This document shows, one piece after another, positions 7,519 through 17,834 of a DNA stretch of 64,000 nt. The notes beneath the pieces were generated by a model. It saw only the letters and a program-made list of their open reading frames with translations, was not told the DNA's origin and ran no database searches. Numbering within the stretch: the stretch's first letter is position 1; each line of letters begins with the position of its first letter. The translations under genes and the position numbers were made by a program. This DNA comes from an uncultured Prevotellaceae bacterium (GTDB taxonomy: Bacteria; Bacteroidota; Bacteroidia; Bacteroidales; Bacteroidaceae), in contig CAMOMP010000008.1 of the NCBI GenBank assembly GCA_946619915.1, positions 5,995 through 69,994 on the forward strand. Reading direction: 5' to 3'.

Positions 7519-10002
7519 ATGGCTGATTACGTTGCTAATGAGAATGTAAACGAAGAAGAATCTAGTGCGTTTAACCTAGCTGCAATATGGAAAATCATCG
7601 TTCTTAACTGGCAGTGGATTGTCATATCCACAATTGTTGCATTAGGCCTTGCATACTGCTACCTACGATACACCAATCCTGTATATACATCTTCAATGAA
7701 GATTCTTATCAAGGATGATGACAAGAAGGGAGCAAGAGGAGCCAGCCAGATGATGAATCTGGAGAACGTAGGTTTGTTTTCTAACAGTAACGGTTTTGAC
7801 AACGAGTTGGAAATCCTGCGAAGCACCAACATCAACACAAGAGTTGTCAAGGCTTTGAAATTGTATGTATCATACGCCATCGACGGCAGGGTACGCAAGA
7901 GAGAGTTGTACAAAAACAATCCACTGATTGTGGATATGCCTGAGAGCCAGTTGGCTGTCTTGCAGACACCCGTCAGCATGGAAATAAAGAAAAGCGAGAA
8001 GGATGGATATATCATCAAGGGAGAAGTTCCCGTCATAGGAAGCAAAGAGAAGATTTCATTCGAGCGCAAGGTCAAGAAATTGCCAGGAAACGTCACAACT
8101 CCTGTTGGCACCATTATCATTCAACAGAATCCCAGCAGCAAGATGACGTCAGACCACACGTTATATGCTCGCATCCTGCCGTTAGACGTTGCAGGCAGAA
8201 TATACACCCAAAAGCTTACTGCCTCTGCGACAAGCAAGACGACAACTGTAGCAGCCCTCACCTTTACAGACACACAGGTTGAGCGCTCGCTGGATTATCT
8301 GAACGAGTTGCTGAAGAGCTACAACGAGGACGCCAACGAAGACAAGAACGAGGTCGCAACAAAGACCGACGAGTTCATCAGAGAGCGTTTGCTGAACATC
8401 CGTGGTGATTTGGATATCACAGAAAGCAACTTGGAGCAGTACAAAAAGAACAACGACTTGATTAATCTAACCAACGATGCCACCAACTCGCTGACAAAGA
8501 CAACAGAATATCAGTCGAAACAAGTTGAGTTGGAAACTCAGTTGAACCTTATTTCCGCATTGGTTAACTATGCCAACAATCCATCCAATGCCATGCAGGT
8601 AATCCCCGCCAACCTGGGGCTTCAGAACCAGAACCTGAATCAGTCAATCAGCAAATACAACGAGGGTGTTCTACTGCGCAACAGACTGATAAAGTCTTCA
8701 AGCGAAGACAACCCCTCCGTACAGCGTATCACAGCCGAACTGGAAGAAATGTGGCCTTCCATCAGACTCAGTTTGGAGGCTATCAAGAACGACCTTCAGA
8801 CCCAGAAGAAAAGCGCCGACAGCCAGTTCCATATGTTTAACAGCCGTATCCAGAGCACTCCTACACAAGAGCGTGCACTGACCAATATCATGCGTCAGCA
8901 GGAGATTCAGGCCAACTTGTATCTGATGTTGCTGCAGAAGCGTGAAGAGAACGCCATCTCACTGGCAAGTACTGCCGCAAAAGCAAGGATTATCGACTCT
9001 CCTCAGTACATGGGAAAGGTTGCCCCCAAGAGCATGATTATCTGGATGATAGCATTGATACTTGGCTTCGGTTTCCCCATTGGAGTAGTACTCCTGCTGA
9101 ATCTGCTGCGCTACCAGATTGAGGGCCGTGAAGATATTGAGAAACTGACCAAGATCCCCATTTTGGCAGACATCCCCTTGGGAAACAAAGTGGTGGACGG
9201 AGAGAAAGCCTTGGTGGTTCGCGAGAACTCGAACAACACCATGGAGGAAGCATTCCGCGGCTTGCGTACTAACCTGCGATTCGTGCAGAATGCAAACGAG
9301 AAGGTTATCTGCTGTACCAGCTGTATCCCTGGTGAAGGAAAGACTTTCATCTCTACCAATCTGGCAATGTCTATAGCTCTGATGGGTAAGAAGGTAATTA
9401 TTGTGGGACTGGATATCCGCAAACCTCGTTTGGTAAAACTATTCGGAATACCAGTCAGCAAAAGCGGTCTTACTACCTTCCTCTCAAGCGACGATATGGG
9501 ATACGACTTGTTGGAGTCACAGATTACCCACAGCATTGGCAATCCTAACCTCGACGTTCTACCTGCAGGTGTCATTCCTCCCAACCCAGGTGAATTGATT
9601 TCACGTACGCAGTTGGATCGTGCCATTGAGTTGTTGAAGGAACATTACGACTATATCGTACTGGATACGCCTCCTATCGGACTTGTAAGTGATACCTTGT
9701 CTATTGCACGTGTAGCAGACGTTACCTTGGTTGTTTGTCGTGCCGACTACTCACCACGTTCCAACTTTAACCTTATCAACAACCTGAACGACAACAGCAA
9801 GTTGCCTAAGGTTAATTTGGTTCTTAACGGTGTTGACCTGAAGAAGAAGAAGTACGGCTACTACTACGGATATGGCAAGTACGGCAAGTACGGCAAGTAC
9901 GGCAAGTACGGCAAGTACGGCTATGGCTACGGCAAATACGGCCACTATGGCATTTACGGAAATTACGGAAACCAGGCAAACAAGGAACATACCGAGAAAT
10001 AA
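7519..10002 (+). CDS. Polysaccharide co-polymerase / tyrosine autokinase (Wzc, PCP-2a type)
   Basis: N-terminal TM plus Wzz-like periplasmic coiled coil, then a second TM. Walker A PGEGKTF, Walker A' IVLDTPP, Walker B VVCRAD. C-terminal Tyr cluster YGYYYGYGKYGKYGKYGKYGKYGYGYGKYGHYGIYGNYG. Confidence 0.9.
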   Translation: MADYVANENVNEEESSAFNLAAIWKIIVLNWQWIVISTIVALGLAYCYLRYTNPVYTSSMKILIKDDDKKGARGASQMMNLENVGLFSNSNGFDNELEILRSTNINTRVVKALKLYVSYAIDGRVRKRELYKNNPLIVDMPESQLAVLQTPVSMEIKKSEKDGYIIKGEVPVIGSKEKISFERKVKKLPGNVTTPVGTIIIQQNPSSKMTSDHTLYARILPLDVAGRIYTQKLTASATSKTTTVAALTFTDTQVERSLDYLNELLKSYNEDANEDKNEVATKTDEFIRERLLNIRGDLDITESNLEQYKKNNDLINLTNDATNSLTKTTEYQSKQVELETQLNLISALVNYANNPSNAMQVIPANLGLQNQNLNQSISKYNEGVLLRNRLIKSSSEDNPSVQRITAELEEMWPSIRLSLEAIKNDLQTQKKSADSQFHMFNSRIQSTPTQERALTNIMRQQEIQANLYLMLLQKREENAISLASTAAKARIIDSPQYMGKVAPKSMIIWMIALILGFGFPIGVVLLLNLLRYQIEGREDIEKLTKIPILADIPLGNKVVDGEKALVVRENSNNTMEEAFRGLRTNLRFVQNANEKVICCTSCIPGEGKTFISTNLAMSIALMGKKVIIVGLDIRKPRLVKLFGIPVSKSGLTTFLSSDDMGYDLLESQITHSIGNPNLDVLPAGVIPPNPGELISRTQLDRAIELLKEHYDYIVLDTPPIGLVSDTLSIARVADVTLVVCRADYSPRSNFNLINNLNDNSKLPKVNLVLNGVDLKKKKYGYYYGYGKYGKYGKYGKYGKYGYGYGKYGHYGIYGNYGNQANKEHTEK
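9874..9918 (+). repeat. Perfect 9-bp tandem repeat (GGCAAGTAC)x5 encoding (GKY)5 in the Wzc Tyr tail
   Basis: Five identical consecutive units read directly, flanked by degenerate GGCTAT/GGCAAATAC units. Confidence 0.95.
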
Positions 10003-11520
10003 ATGCGGAAACTGTTAGTACTAATTATAACCATTCTCCCCTTGACGACCGAAGCACAACTCAGTCGTCTGGGGGAGAATGTTAGTTATGAGGGCAGCAT
10101 AACCAGTGCGTTCAGTGGTGGCGACTATGCTCCTTTCTGGTTCACAAGCAACAGATACGGACTAAGTTCCCATAAGAACAACTATGGTTATCTGCGTGGT
10201 GCTATACAAAGAGATGCTATGACAGACAGCCTGCGCAAATGGCGTATAGGGTATGGGGCTGACATTGCTGCGGCTGTAGGAATGGGAAGCAAGCACTTTA
10301 TCATTCAGCAGCTTTACACTGATATCCAATGGAAGGCACTCCGTTTAAGCTTAGGACAGAAAGAGCGTCCCATTGAACTGAAGAACCAAGCCCTGAGCAG
10401 CGGAGCCATGACAACAGGAATCAACGCACGTCCCCTCCCACAAGTACGTTTGGAACTTCCCGATTTCCTGACAATACCTGGCACCAAGAACTGGCTAGCT
10501 ATAAAAGCTCACATAGCATACGGATGGTACACAGACAATGCATGGCAACGTGAGTTTGTCGGCAATACAACCAACTTCTATACCTCAAACTCGCTGTACC
10601 ACTCCAAGGCTGCGTTTCTGCGCATCGGTAATACCGAGAAGTTCCCCCTGACCGTAACCGGCGGAATAGAAATGAGCTGTCAGTTTGGCGGAACAGGTCA
10701 TAACCTTAGGCAGAGGGCTGGCTTTGACGCTCCGATAGAAGAGAAGGTATCTCTACTTAATGGTTTCAAGAGTTTCTGGCACGCTCTCATTCCCGGAGGT
10801 GGCGATATCAACGACGGAGACATTTACTCTAATCGCGAAGGCAACCAGTTGGGAAGCTGGCATCTTCGTGCCGACTATCACGGCAAGGGATGGAGCGTAG
10901 CTGGCTATATGGAACATTTCTTCGAGGACCAGAGCCAGATGTTTTGGCAGTATGGATGGAAGGATATGCTCTGGGGCGTAGAGATAAACCTGCCCAAGAA
11001 TCCTTTCCTCAGCAGTTTGGTATATGAACATATTGGAACCATGGACCAGAGCGGAGCCATCTATCACGACAAGACCCCAGCCATGCCAGAGCAGATTAGC
11101 GGATGCGACCAGTATTACAATCACCACATCTATGGTGCCTGGCAGCATTCCGGCTACGTGATGGGCAATCCCCTCCTCTCCTCCCCTATTTATAACGACA
11201 GGTTCGGATTCAGCAACTACCTTATGGTCTATCACAACCGCATCAATGCCCATCATATAGGCCTTAGCGGACAACCGACTGAAGAATGGGGGTGGCGTCT
11301 TCTATACACCCACCAGAAGAGTCTGGGCTCTTACAACTCACCCACGCCAGAACCACAGAAAGCCAATTATCTGATGGCAGAGGTTACCTATAAGCCCCGC
11401 AAAGTAAAAGGATTAGGCATTACAGCCTGTTACGGACATAATGACGGAGAGATTTTGGGCAACAGTAATGGTGGTATGCTATCCATATCTTATAGCGGAT
11501 GGATTAACAAAACCAAATAA
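10003..11520 (+). CDS. Outer-membrane beta-barrel protein, capsule-assembly Wzi-like
   Basis: Signal peptide and alternating aromatic/Gly beta-strand pattern. ATG abuts the Wzc stop (TAAATG). Family assignment is tentative. Confidence 0.5.
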   Translation: MRKLLVLIITILPLTTEAQLSRLGENVSYEGSITSAFSGGDYAPFWFTSNRYGLSSHKNNYGYLRGAIQRDAMTDSLRKWRIGYGADIAAAVGMGSKHFIIQQLYTDIQWKALRLSLGQKERPIELKNQALSSGAMTTGINARPLPQVRLELPDFLTIPGTKNWLAIKAHIAYGWYTDNAWQREFVGNTTNFYTSNSLYHSKAAFLRIGNTEKFPLTVTGGIEMSCQFGGTGHNLRQRAGFDAPIEEKVSLLNGFKSFWHALIPGGGDINDGDIYSNREGNQLGSWHLRADYHGKGWSVAGYMEHFFEDQSQMFWQYGWKDMLWGVEINLPKNPFLSSLVYEHIGTMDQSGAIYHDKTPAMPEQISGCDQYYNHHIYGAWQHSGYVMGNPLLSSPIYNDRFGFSNYLMVYHNRINAHHIGLSGQPTEEWGWRLLYTHQKSLGSYNSPTPEPQKANYLMAEVTYKPRKVKGLGITACYGHNDGEILGNSNGGMLSISYSGWINKTK

Positions 11521-11523
11521 CGT

Positions 11524-11979
11524 ATGAAGTCACTAAAGCACACATATATATATTGTATTGTAGCGCTGTTATCCTTGTTCCTTTACAGCAGTTGCGAGAA
11601 CAAGCGAGACGATAGCGGTACATTGGGTGGCATGTGGCAACTTGTAGAATGGAGGAACAGCGACGGTTCCCTTGCCTACGACAAGCCCGGTACAAAAATA
11701 TATTACAAGATACGCAACAACATACTGATGCTGCAAGAGTTGCCCGGCGAGACTGAAACCTACTTCCTGACGTATTATCATCTGGATGATGACTATCTGG
11801 TAATCAAACAGCCTTATACTATTGTCAGGGATGCTGAGTTAGATACCATTCCACATACTATTGAAGCCTTGCACAAATACGGAATCCCCAGCAACGGCCG
11901 ACTGCACATTGATGTGCTGGAATCAGACAAAATGGTACTTACAGGAGAGGAAGGCACACTACGCTTCCGCAAATATTAA
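11524..11979 (+). CDS. Lipocalin-like lipoprotein
   Basis: Lipoprotein signal (..LYSSCEN) and GMWQLVEW motif typical of lipocalin-like domains. Confidence 0.55.
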   Translation: MKSLKHTYIYCIVALLSLFLYSSCENKRDDSGTLGGMWQLVEWRNSDGSLAYDKPGTKIYYKIRNNILMLQELPGETETYFLTYYHLDDDYLVIKQPYTIVRDAELDTIPHTIEALHKYGIPSNGRLHIDVLESDKMVLTGEEGTLRFRKY

Positions 11980-12076
11980 CGACAAAACGAGAAAAACAGG
12001 ATTGTTTTCAGGAAAAACCCTGCAATCAGAACAATAAAATAAACTTAAAGAACGTTTATATTATATAAACGACATT

Positions 12077-14374
12077 ATGACTGCGCTCTATATTTTCATA
12101 TCATTCATTGCCTCGGCATTAACTTCAATGTTATTAATGCCATGGATTCTGAGTTTGTGTAAGCGCAACGGCTACTTCGACAGACCTAACGAACGCAAGG
12201 TTCACAAAAATAACACCCCACGTTTGGGAGGTGTTGTATTTGTTCCGAGTGCCATTGTCGGCATTGCCGTCACATTAGCTATTATCTTCAATTATTACGG
12301 AGAAAGCGACCCCCTGAAATCCAGCACCCTGCTGATAGGTTTTGGTATCTTTGCCACATACGTTACAGGCTTGCTGGACGACCTTTTCGGTTTATCTGCC
12401 CATCTGAAGTTTTTCATCCAGTTCATTGCTGCATTATGTTTTCCCCTTATAGGCCTTACCCTTAATAGTCTGTATGGATTCTGCGGCATATACGAGATTC
12501 CCGAGGTTGTAAGCTACCCTTTGACAGTGTTCCTGGTTATGCTGACAGTTAATAGCATAAACCTCATAGACGGAATAGATGGACTTGCCAGCAGCCTTTC
12601 CTTAATAGCCTTTGCTGTGTTCACCTGGGCTTTCTGGAGTTGGGGCATGCCGATTTTCTGTTTGTTTACTGCCGCCATGTCTGGTAGCCTGATTGTCTTC
12701 CTGTGGTACAATCTCTTTGGTGACAACACGAAGGGGACCAAGATTTTTATGGGCGATTCCGGCAGTTTGATGTTGGGTTATGGACTAAGTTATTTGGGGC
12801 TGAAATTCTGTTCCGAGAATATCGAGAAAGAGCCCGAGCAATATAGCTTACTGCTCGTATATACACTTCTGCTGATACCCACTTTCGATCTTTTGCGTGT
12901 CGCATGTAGCCGTATCCTCAGAGGCGAGCATCCGTTCCATGCAGACAAGACGCATCTTCACCACAAGCTTATGCGCACCGGCCATTATATGACAATGGCA
13001 CTGCTGACCATATTGGTAGCTGACATTTTCTTTATTCTGCTGAACCTCGGCTTGTACTTTGCAGGAGTCAGCTTTACATGGATAATATTGATTGACGTAA
13101 TAATCTTTGCTATCTGGCAAAAACGAATTGACCGCTCTATTGCAAAGAACGACGAGCGCATAGCCATTGAGACCAACCTACGCCAACAGCTGGAGGAGAA
13201 TGCAGCAAAAGCCAAGAAGATATGTATACTTACCCCCCGCTTCCCCATACCCGAGAACGGTGGCGACGTACTTCGCATCAATAACATTGCACATCAGCTT
13301 CGCAAGCAAGGCTACAAACTGGTCTTGCTTAGTTTAGAGGATAACGGAGAACCACAGATCTTCGAGGCTCAACGTATTTACCACAAGGTATATACTGTAC
13401 ATCGGAATCGTTTATCATCACTCTTTCATGCGCTCATCTGCTTCTTGCAGGCTAAGCCCATGCAGTGTGGATACTACATGTCAGGCACTTACAGAAGGAA
13501 GCTACGCGAGATTATCCAGAAAGAGAACCCCGACCTGTTCATCGCACATCTGCTACGTATGATGCCCTATCTGGACGAGTTGGGACTTCATAGCCGCTCC
13601 ATCATTGAGATGACGGACGCACTCTCCAAGACTTACGCAATGTCCTCACAAAGCAAGGGTAATTGTCTCTTAAGGAACGTCTACAGAATGGAACAGCGTC
13701 TTATCCTTAGAACCGAGCAGTACAGCCTGCTACACTTCCCCAAGAACGTATTGGTTTCCCAGGCCGACATTGACTATCTGAAGACAAAATCCCTTCATCC
13801 GGAAAGCCTGGAGCTTCATACCAACGGAATTCAGTGCAGCAAGAGTATCAAGCACAAATACACCCCCAACAAGATTGTTTTTGTGGGCAATATGAGAACC
13901 CTGCAAAATCAGGACGCCGTGTTATATTTTGTTCAGGACATCTTCCCACGAATACTCAAACAGAAACCTGATACCAAATTCTATATCGTGGGAGCACAAC
14001 CACCACAAAGCATTCAGCAACTGGCATCAGATAACATCTTCGTCACTGGTTATGTAGATGAGATAGAGAGCACCATCTGTGATGCCTGTCTTGCCATAGC
14101 TCCTGTTCGCGTTGCCGCAGGCATTCAGAACAAGGTTCTCGTTGCTATGAGTTGTGGCATTCCCGTAGTAATGACAAGCCTCATCTCCAATGCCATTCCA
14201 GAACTCAAGCACGAAGAGAACTGCCTCATCCAGGATGAAGCAGCTACATTAGCCGATGCCTGCCTTCGCATCATGAATCATCCCGACCTAAGGCAACAGC
14301 TTGCCATCAATGGCTACGAGATGGTCAAGCAGCACTACTCCTGGAAGGACAAGATTCGAGGATACGTACGATAA
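12077..14374 (+). CDS. Fusion protein: WecA/MraY-type polyprenyl-phosphate HexNAc-1-P transferase (N) plus GT-B (GT4-like) glycosyltransferase (C)
   Basis: N-terminal half: NERKVHKNNTPRLGG, LLDDLFGL, NLIDGIDGLA, MGDSGSLMLGY, HLHHKLM, about 10 TM helices. C-terminal half: ILTPRFPIPENGGDV.., GNMRTLQNQDA, GIQNKVLVAMSCGIPVV. Confidence 0.8.
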   Translation: MTALYIFISFIASALTSMLLMPWILSLCKRNGYFDRPNERKVHKNNTPRLGGVVFVPSAIVGIAVTLAIIFNYYGESDPLKSSTLLIGFGIFATYVTGLLDDLFGLSAHLKFFIQFIAALCFPLIGLTLNSLYGFCGIYEIPEVVSYPLTVFLVMLTVNSINLIDGIDGLASSLSLIAFAVFTWAFWSWGMPIFCLFTAAMSGSLIVFLWYNLFGDNTKGTKIFMGDSGSLMLGYGLSYLGLKFCSENIEKEPEQYSLLLVYTLLLIPTFDLLRVACSRILRGEHPFHADKTHLHHKLMRTGHYMTMALLTILVADIFFILLNLGLYFAGVSFTWIILIDVIIFAIWQKRIDRSIAKNDERIAIETNLRQQLEENAAKAKKICILTPRFPIPENGGDVLRINNIAHQLRKQGYKLVLLSLEDNGEPQIFEAQRIYHKVYTVHRNRLSSLFHALICFLQAKPMQCGYYMSGTYRRKLREIIQKENPDLFIAHLLRMMPYLDELGLHSRSIIEMTDALSKTYAMSSQSKGNCLLRNVYRMEQRLILRTEQYSLLHFPKNVLVSQADIDYLKTKSLHPESLELHTNGIQCSKSIKHKYTPNKIVFVGNMRTLQNQDAVLYFVQDIFPRILKQKPDTKFYIVGAQPPQSIQQLASDNIFVTGYVDEIESTICDACLAIAPVRVAAGIQNKVLVAMSCGIPVVMTSLISNAIPELKHEENCLIQDEAATLADACLRIMNHPDLRQQLAINGYEMVKQHYSWKDKIRGYVR

Positions 14375-14387
14375 AGAATCAATATTG

Positions 14388-15554
14388 TTATGATAAAAAC
14401 ATATTGATAATTCTTTCACAAGCTTTACCGTCGCCATAAGGGTTCACAGCCTTGCTCATTTTGTCGTACGCTATTGGGTCATCTAATAACGTACTTACCT
14501 CATTCATAATCTTTTGATAATCTGTCCCTACCAAATGCACAGTGCCTGATTCCAAAGCCTCTGGGCGCTCTGTAGTATCACGCATAACCAATACAGGTTT
14601 TCCTAATCCAGGAGCTTCTTCTTGAATACCGCCACTATCCGTCAGCACAATGGTACTCTTTTCCATCAGATAAACAAACTCCAAATACTGAAGAGGTTCT
14701 ATGAAGAAGAAATTGTGAGCATCGCCCCACCCCTCTCCTTTCGAGAGGGAATCCATTCCTGCGAATATCTGGTGAATAGGTTTTCGTACATTGGGATTAA
14801 GATGCATCGGATAGACAAAATCCACATCAGGATATTTCTCCGAAAGATCCTTCAGAGCTGTTAGCATGCGAATAAATCCTTCGCCGAAATTTTCCCTTCT
14901 GTGTCCCGTAATGAGAACCAGGCGACGTTGACGATTAACATCGTAGCCAGAACAACGCAATATCTCTTGTTGCTTTGCAGCAAGTTCCGAGTCCGTTTTT
15001 AGTTTATCAACCACCATGTGCAACGCGTCTATTACCGTGTTGCCTGTTACAAAAATCTGCCCCTGTGCCTTCTCGTCTTTAAGATTACTCTCACTCAATG
15101 GAGTGGGAGCAAAATTGTATGTTGCTATCCGACTGGTTATCTGACGATTCATCTCCTCAGGCCATGGACTATACATGTTATAGGTACGAAGACCCGCTTC
15201 GACATGCCCCACGGGTATCTGCTGATAGAAAGCTGCGAGGGCGGCAGCAGTGGAAGTCGTTGTGTCACCATGTACCAGGACGACATCTGGCTGGGCTTCC
15301 TTCAGAACATCCCTCATCCCTAAAAGAACACGTGCTGTAATGTCATACAGGTCCTGACCCGATTTCATTATGTTCAGGTCGTAATCGGGTTTGATATCAA
15401 ACAGATTCAAAACCTGATCTAGCATCTCACGATGCTGTCCCGTAACGCACACAAGTGTTTCAAAGTTGTCGTTATATTGTTGAAACGCCTTTACCAAGGG
15501 AGCCATCTTGATAGCTTCTGGGCGCGTTCCAAATACAAGCATAATTTTCTTCAT
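14388..15554 (-). CDS. wecB: UDP-N-acetylglucosamine 2-epimerase (non-hydrolysing)
   Basis: FGTRPEAIKMAP, HVEAGLRT, TDSGGIQEEAP. Confidence 0.92.
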   Translation of the reverse strand: MKKIMLVFGTRPEAIKMAPLVKAFQQYNDNFETLVCVTGQHREMLDQVLNLFDIKPDYDLNIMKSGQDLYDITARVLLGMRDVLKEAQPDVVLVHGDTTTSTAAALAAFYQQIPVGHVEAGLRTYNMYSPWPEEMNRQITSRIATYNFAPTPLSESNLKDEKAQGQIFVTGNTVIDALHMVVDKLKTDSELAAKQQEILRCSGYDVNRQRRLVLITGHRRENFGEGFIRMLTALKDLSEKYPDVDFVYPMHLNPNVRKPIHQIFAGMDSLSKGEGWGDAHNFFFIEPLQYLEFVYLMEKSTIVLTDSGGIQEEAPGLGKPVLVMRDTTERPEALESGTVHLVGTDYQKIMNEVSTLLDDPIAYDKMSKAVNPYGDGKACERIINMFLS

Positions 15555-15595
15555 TCAGTCTGTATTATATCTGTTATGACCAGTTTTTAATTTTG

Positions 15596-15603
15596 CAAAG
15601 ATA
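15596..15603 (-). promoter_or_regulatory. -7 promoter box (TATCTTTG on minus) for wecB
   Basis: CAAAGATA on the plus strand, 42 nt upstream of the ATG at 15554. Confidence 0.5.
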
Positions 15604-15723
15604 TAATAATTCCTTCTATCTTGCAAACTTAAGGTCAGATTCGTCTGTCATCGCTATTAGTTCTTCTTCTATTCCGAGAATACTAAAGCATTACATCAAC
15701 GCATCTCTTTAAATAATGTCAAA

Positions 15724-16710
15724 CTATATCACCTTCTTCATGAAAGGAATTTTCCGTAACATCCAACTAACGACTAAGGATAGGACAAAAAACACAACAA
15801 GAGCTGTCGGGACACTTATCCATAAAGGGGCAAAGGCAAGTAAATCAAGATGTAAGACCTTGCGTGATATATTAATAAAGAACGGATGAACAAGGTATAT
15901 GGCAAAACAGTACGGATAACAAGCCGTAGCTATAGGCCAATGTACGTTAAGCCGTTTGAAAAGGAGGAACAAAGCAGCCGCGCCAATTACCACGGAAGTA
16001 TCTGAATAAGCAATCTCGTGTGCAGGAAGGAAACCGAAAAAAGTGGCAAGAATTGTCGCTGGCAACAGAAGGAAGATCATAAAACAAGTAGCAGCGCCAA
16101 GATGTAGTTGTTCCAGAGAATCCAGATAATAGCCGAGAACATAATAGAAGACGAACGGAGTTCCGATTAGCAACCAACTTTCCAAAGGCACGCCATAGCT
16201 CTTAAGCATCGGCAACAGAGAAGACAGGACAAACAATACCAAAAGAACCATCTGAACAGTACTGCGCGATTCTGTCTGTAGGAAAGGTTTAAGCAATGGG
16301 GTAAGCATATACAGGCATATCAGCATGTACAGATACCACATGTGTGTCCATGAATGTCCCACTATAAGGTTCCAAAAAGCATTAACAACCGACTCATGAG
16401 AAAAGATGCACTCCATCAGACACATGGGTAAGCCAAAAATGACAAGTGCCAGTGCGATGCGTCGGATATATTTACTAAATAAGACGCTGTAGGAGGTGTC
16501 ACGCTCAGGGCGCAAGAACAATGCCCCACTAATCATAACAAAGACCGGCACAGCAAAAGAACCGAGATCATGATAGAAAGTAAAAAAAAGTAAGTCTGGA
16601 TAAGAAGGAGGATTATCCATACTATAAAAAGACGAACTTGTATGCATCAGTACAACAGCCACTGTCGATAAGAGGCGAAGCACATCAAGATAATATTTCT
16701 TGCTAACCAT
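15724..16710 (-). CDS. Acyltransferase family 3 (polysaccharide O-acyltransferase) membrane protein
   Basis: About 10 TM helices, N-terminal LDVLRLLSTVAVVLMHT motif. ATG at 16710 chosen, 1 nt after the upstream gene's stop. Confidence 0.75.
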   Translation of the reverse strand: MVSKKYYLDVLRLLSTVAVVLMHTSSSFYSMDNPPSYPDLLFFTFYHDLGSFAVPVFVMISGALFLRPERDTSYSVLFSKYIRRIALALVIFGLPMCLMECIFSHESVVNAFWNLIVGHSWTHMWYLYMLICLYMLTPLLKPFLQTESRSTVQMVLLVLFVLSSLLPMLKSYGVPLESWLLIGTPFVFYYVLGYYLDSLEQLHLGAATCFMIFLLLPATILATFFGFLPAHEIAYSDTSVVIGAAALFLLFKRLNVHWPIATACYPYCFAIYLVHPFFINISRKVLHLDLLAFAPLWISVPTALVVFFVLSLVVSWMLRKIPFMKKVI

Positions 16711-16711
16711 A

Positions 16712-17788
16712 TCAGTATTTATTGATAGCATCAACAAAGGACACAAAGTCCTCATCCCACGATGTCTGCTGCAAGCTAAAATCAGAAATCGACTTTTTAA
16801 TTGCTTCCAAGTCTATTGATCCCTCGGCAATCTGATTGAACATACCCCGGATAGCTTCTATGGAATAAGGATCGACTTCTAATCCAATCTTTTGCTGTGT
16901 GGCATATTCTCCCAGGCATGTTTGAGAAGCATAAACAGCCGGCACGCCAAGCATTATTGACTCGTGGAATTTATTGGAAATGGCGTATTTTACATTGAAA
17001 TCTTTATTTGGATAAGCAGCCCAAACAACATCCGTCTGCTCATAGAGCTGGGGGACATCTTCATAGGCATACTGACCCGTAAAGAATATGTTGGATGTTT
17101 CACCTGCAAGCTTTTTCAGTTGTTCTTGAGCAGGACCATTCCCATGAAAATAAAGTTGGAAACGTTCATCTCCACGTATTGCCTCAACCAGATTCTTGAG
17201 AATATCAAAGTACCTCAGATTGCCAATAAAAGCGATACGAATCGGAGAGTGAATTTCATGGCTAAACAATGTACCGTTCTCAAAAGTAGGTTTATTCTCC
17301 AAAACGATTTGAGGATAATCGGCTGGATACTGGCTGGCAAAGAACCTTGAAGCGTGAACTGTGAGGTCCACTTCCCTCATCTTCCACTTCTCTAATGTGG
17401 AAGTGCACTTTCTTATAAGAAAAGGCCCTGAGGGCATATCCAGATTCTCATAGACCAGCATCTGCTTTTTACGGTTGAGCTTTGGCACCATCAGAAGATT
17501 GTTCCAATGAGAAGCAATGACAACATCTGGTTCCAACTGCCGGATTAGAGACCTGCAAAAGCCATAGAAGCCCCACATATTGATAAACTTCTGTACTCTG
17601 TTACCATAGGCAGAAGTCTTCTTGTAAACGTGATAGCCAGGCATATCCTCAATATATTCATTATTCCTGTCCCATGTGATAACCTCCAGTTGAGCAGATT
17701 GTCTATAATGTCTTGCCAAAGAATCCAAGATTCTTCGGTTTCTGGTATTAAGGGGGAAACACTCGTCTATGAGAACAATACGTTTCAT
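16712..17788 (-). CDS. Glycosyltransferase (GT-B fold, GT4-like)
   Basis: Two Rossmann-like halves. C-terminal FFTGQ..Y..DVVWA..NKFHESIMLGVPAV resembles the GT-B donor-binding region. Confidence 0.6.
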   Translation of the reverse strand: MKRIVLIDECFPLNTRNRRILDSLARHYRQSAQLEVITWDRNNEYIEDMPGYHVYKKTSAYGNRVQKFINMWGFYGFCRSLIRQLEPDVVIASHWNNLLMVPKLNRKKQMLVYENLDMPSGPFLIRKCTSTLEKWKMREVDLTVHASRFFASQYPADYPQIVLENKPTFENGTLFSHEIHSPIRIAFIGNLRYFDILKNLVEAIRGDERFQLYFHGNGPAQEQLKKLAGETSNIFFTGQYAYEDVPQLYEQTDVVWAAYPNKDFNVKYAISNKFHESIMLGVPAVYASQTCLGEYATQQKIGLEVDPYSIEAIRGMFNQIAEGSIDLEAIKKSISDFSLQQTSWDEDFVSFVDAINKY

Positions 17789-17834
17789 GACCTTAGAATA
17801 TTAATATCTTTCTTTTATGTTTATATTATTACCT

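Noticed and set aside
9751-9990. 79-aa minus-strand ORF with an (AVL)n repeat
   Set aside because: It is the mirror translation of the GGCAAGTAC repeat inside the Wzc gene.
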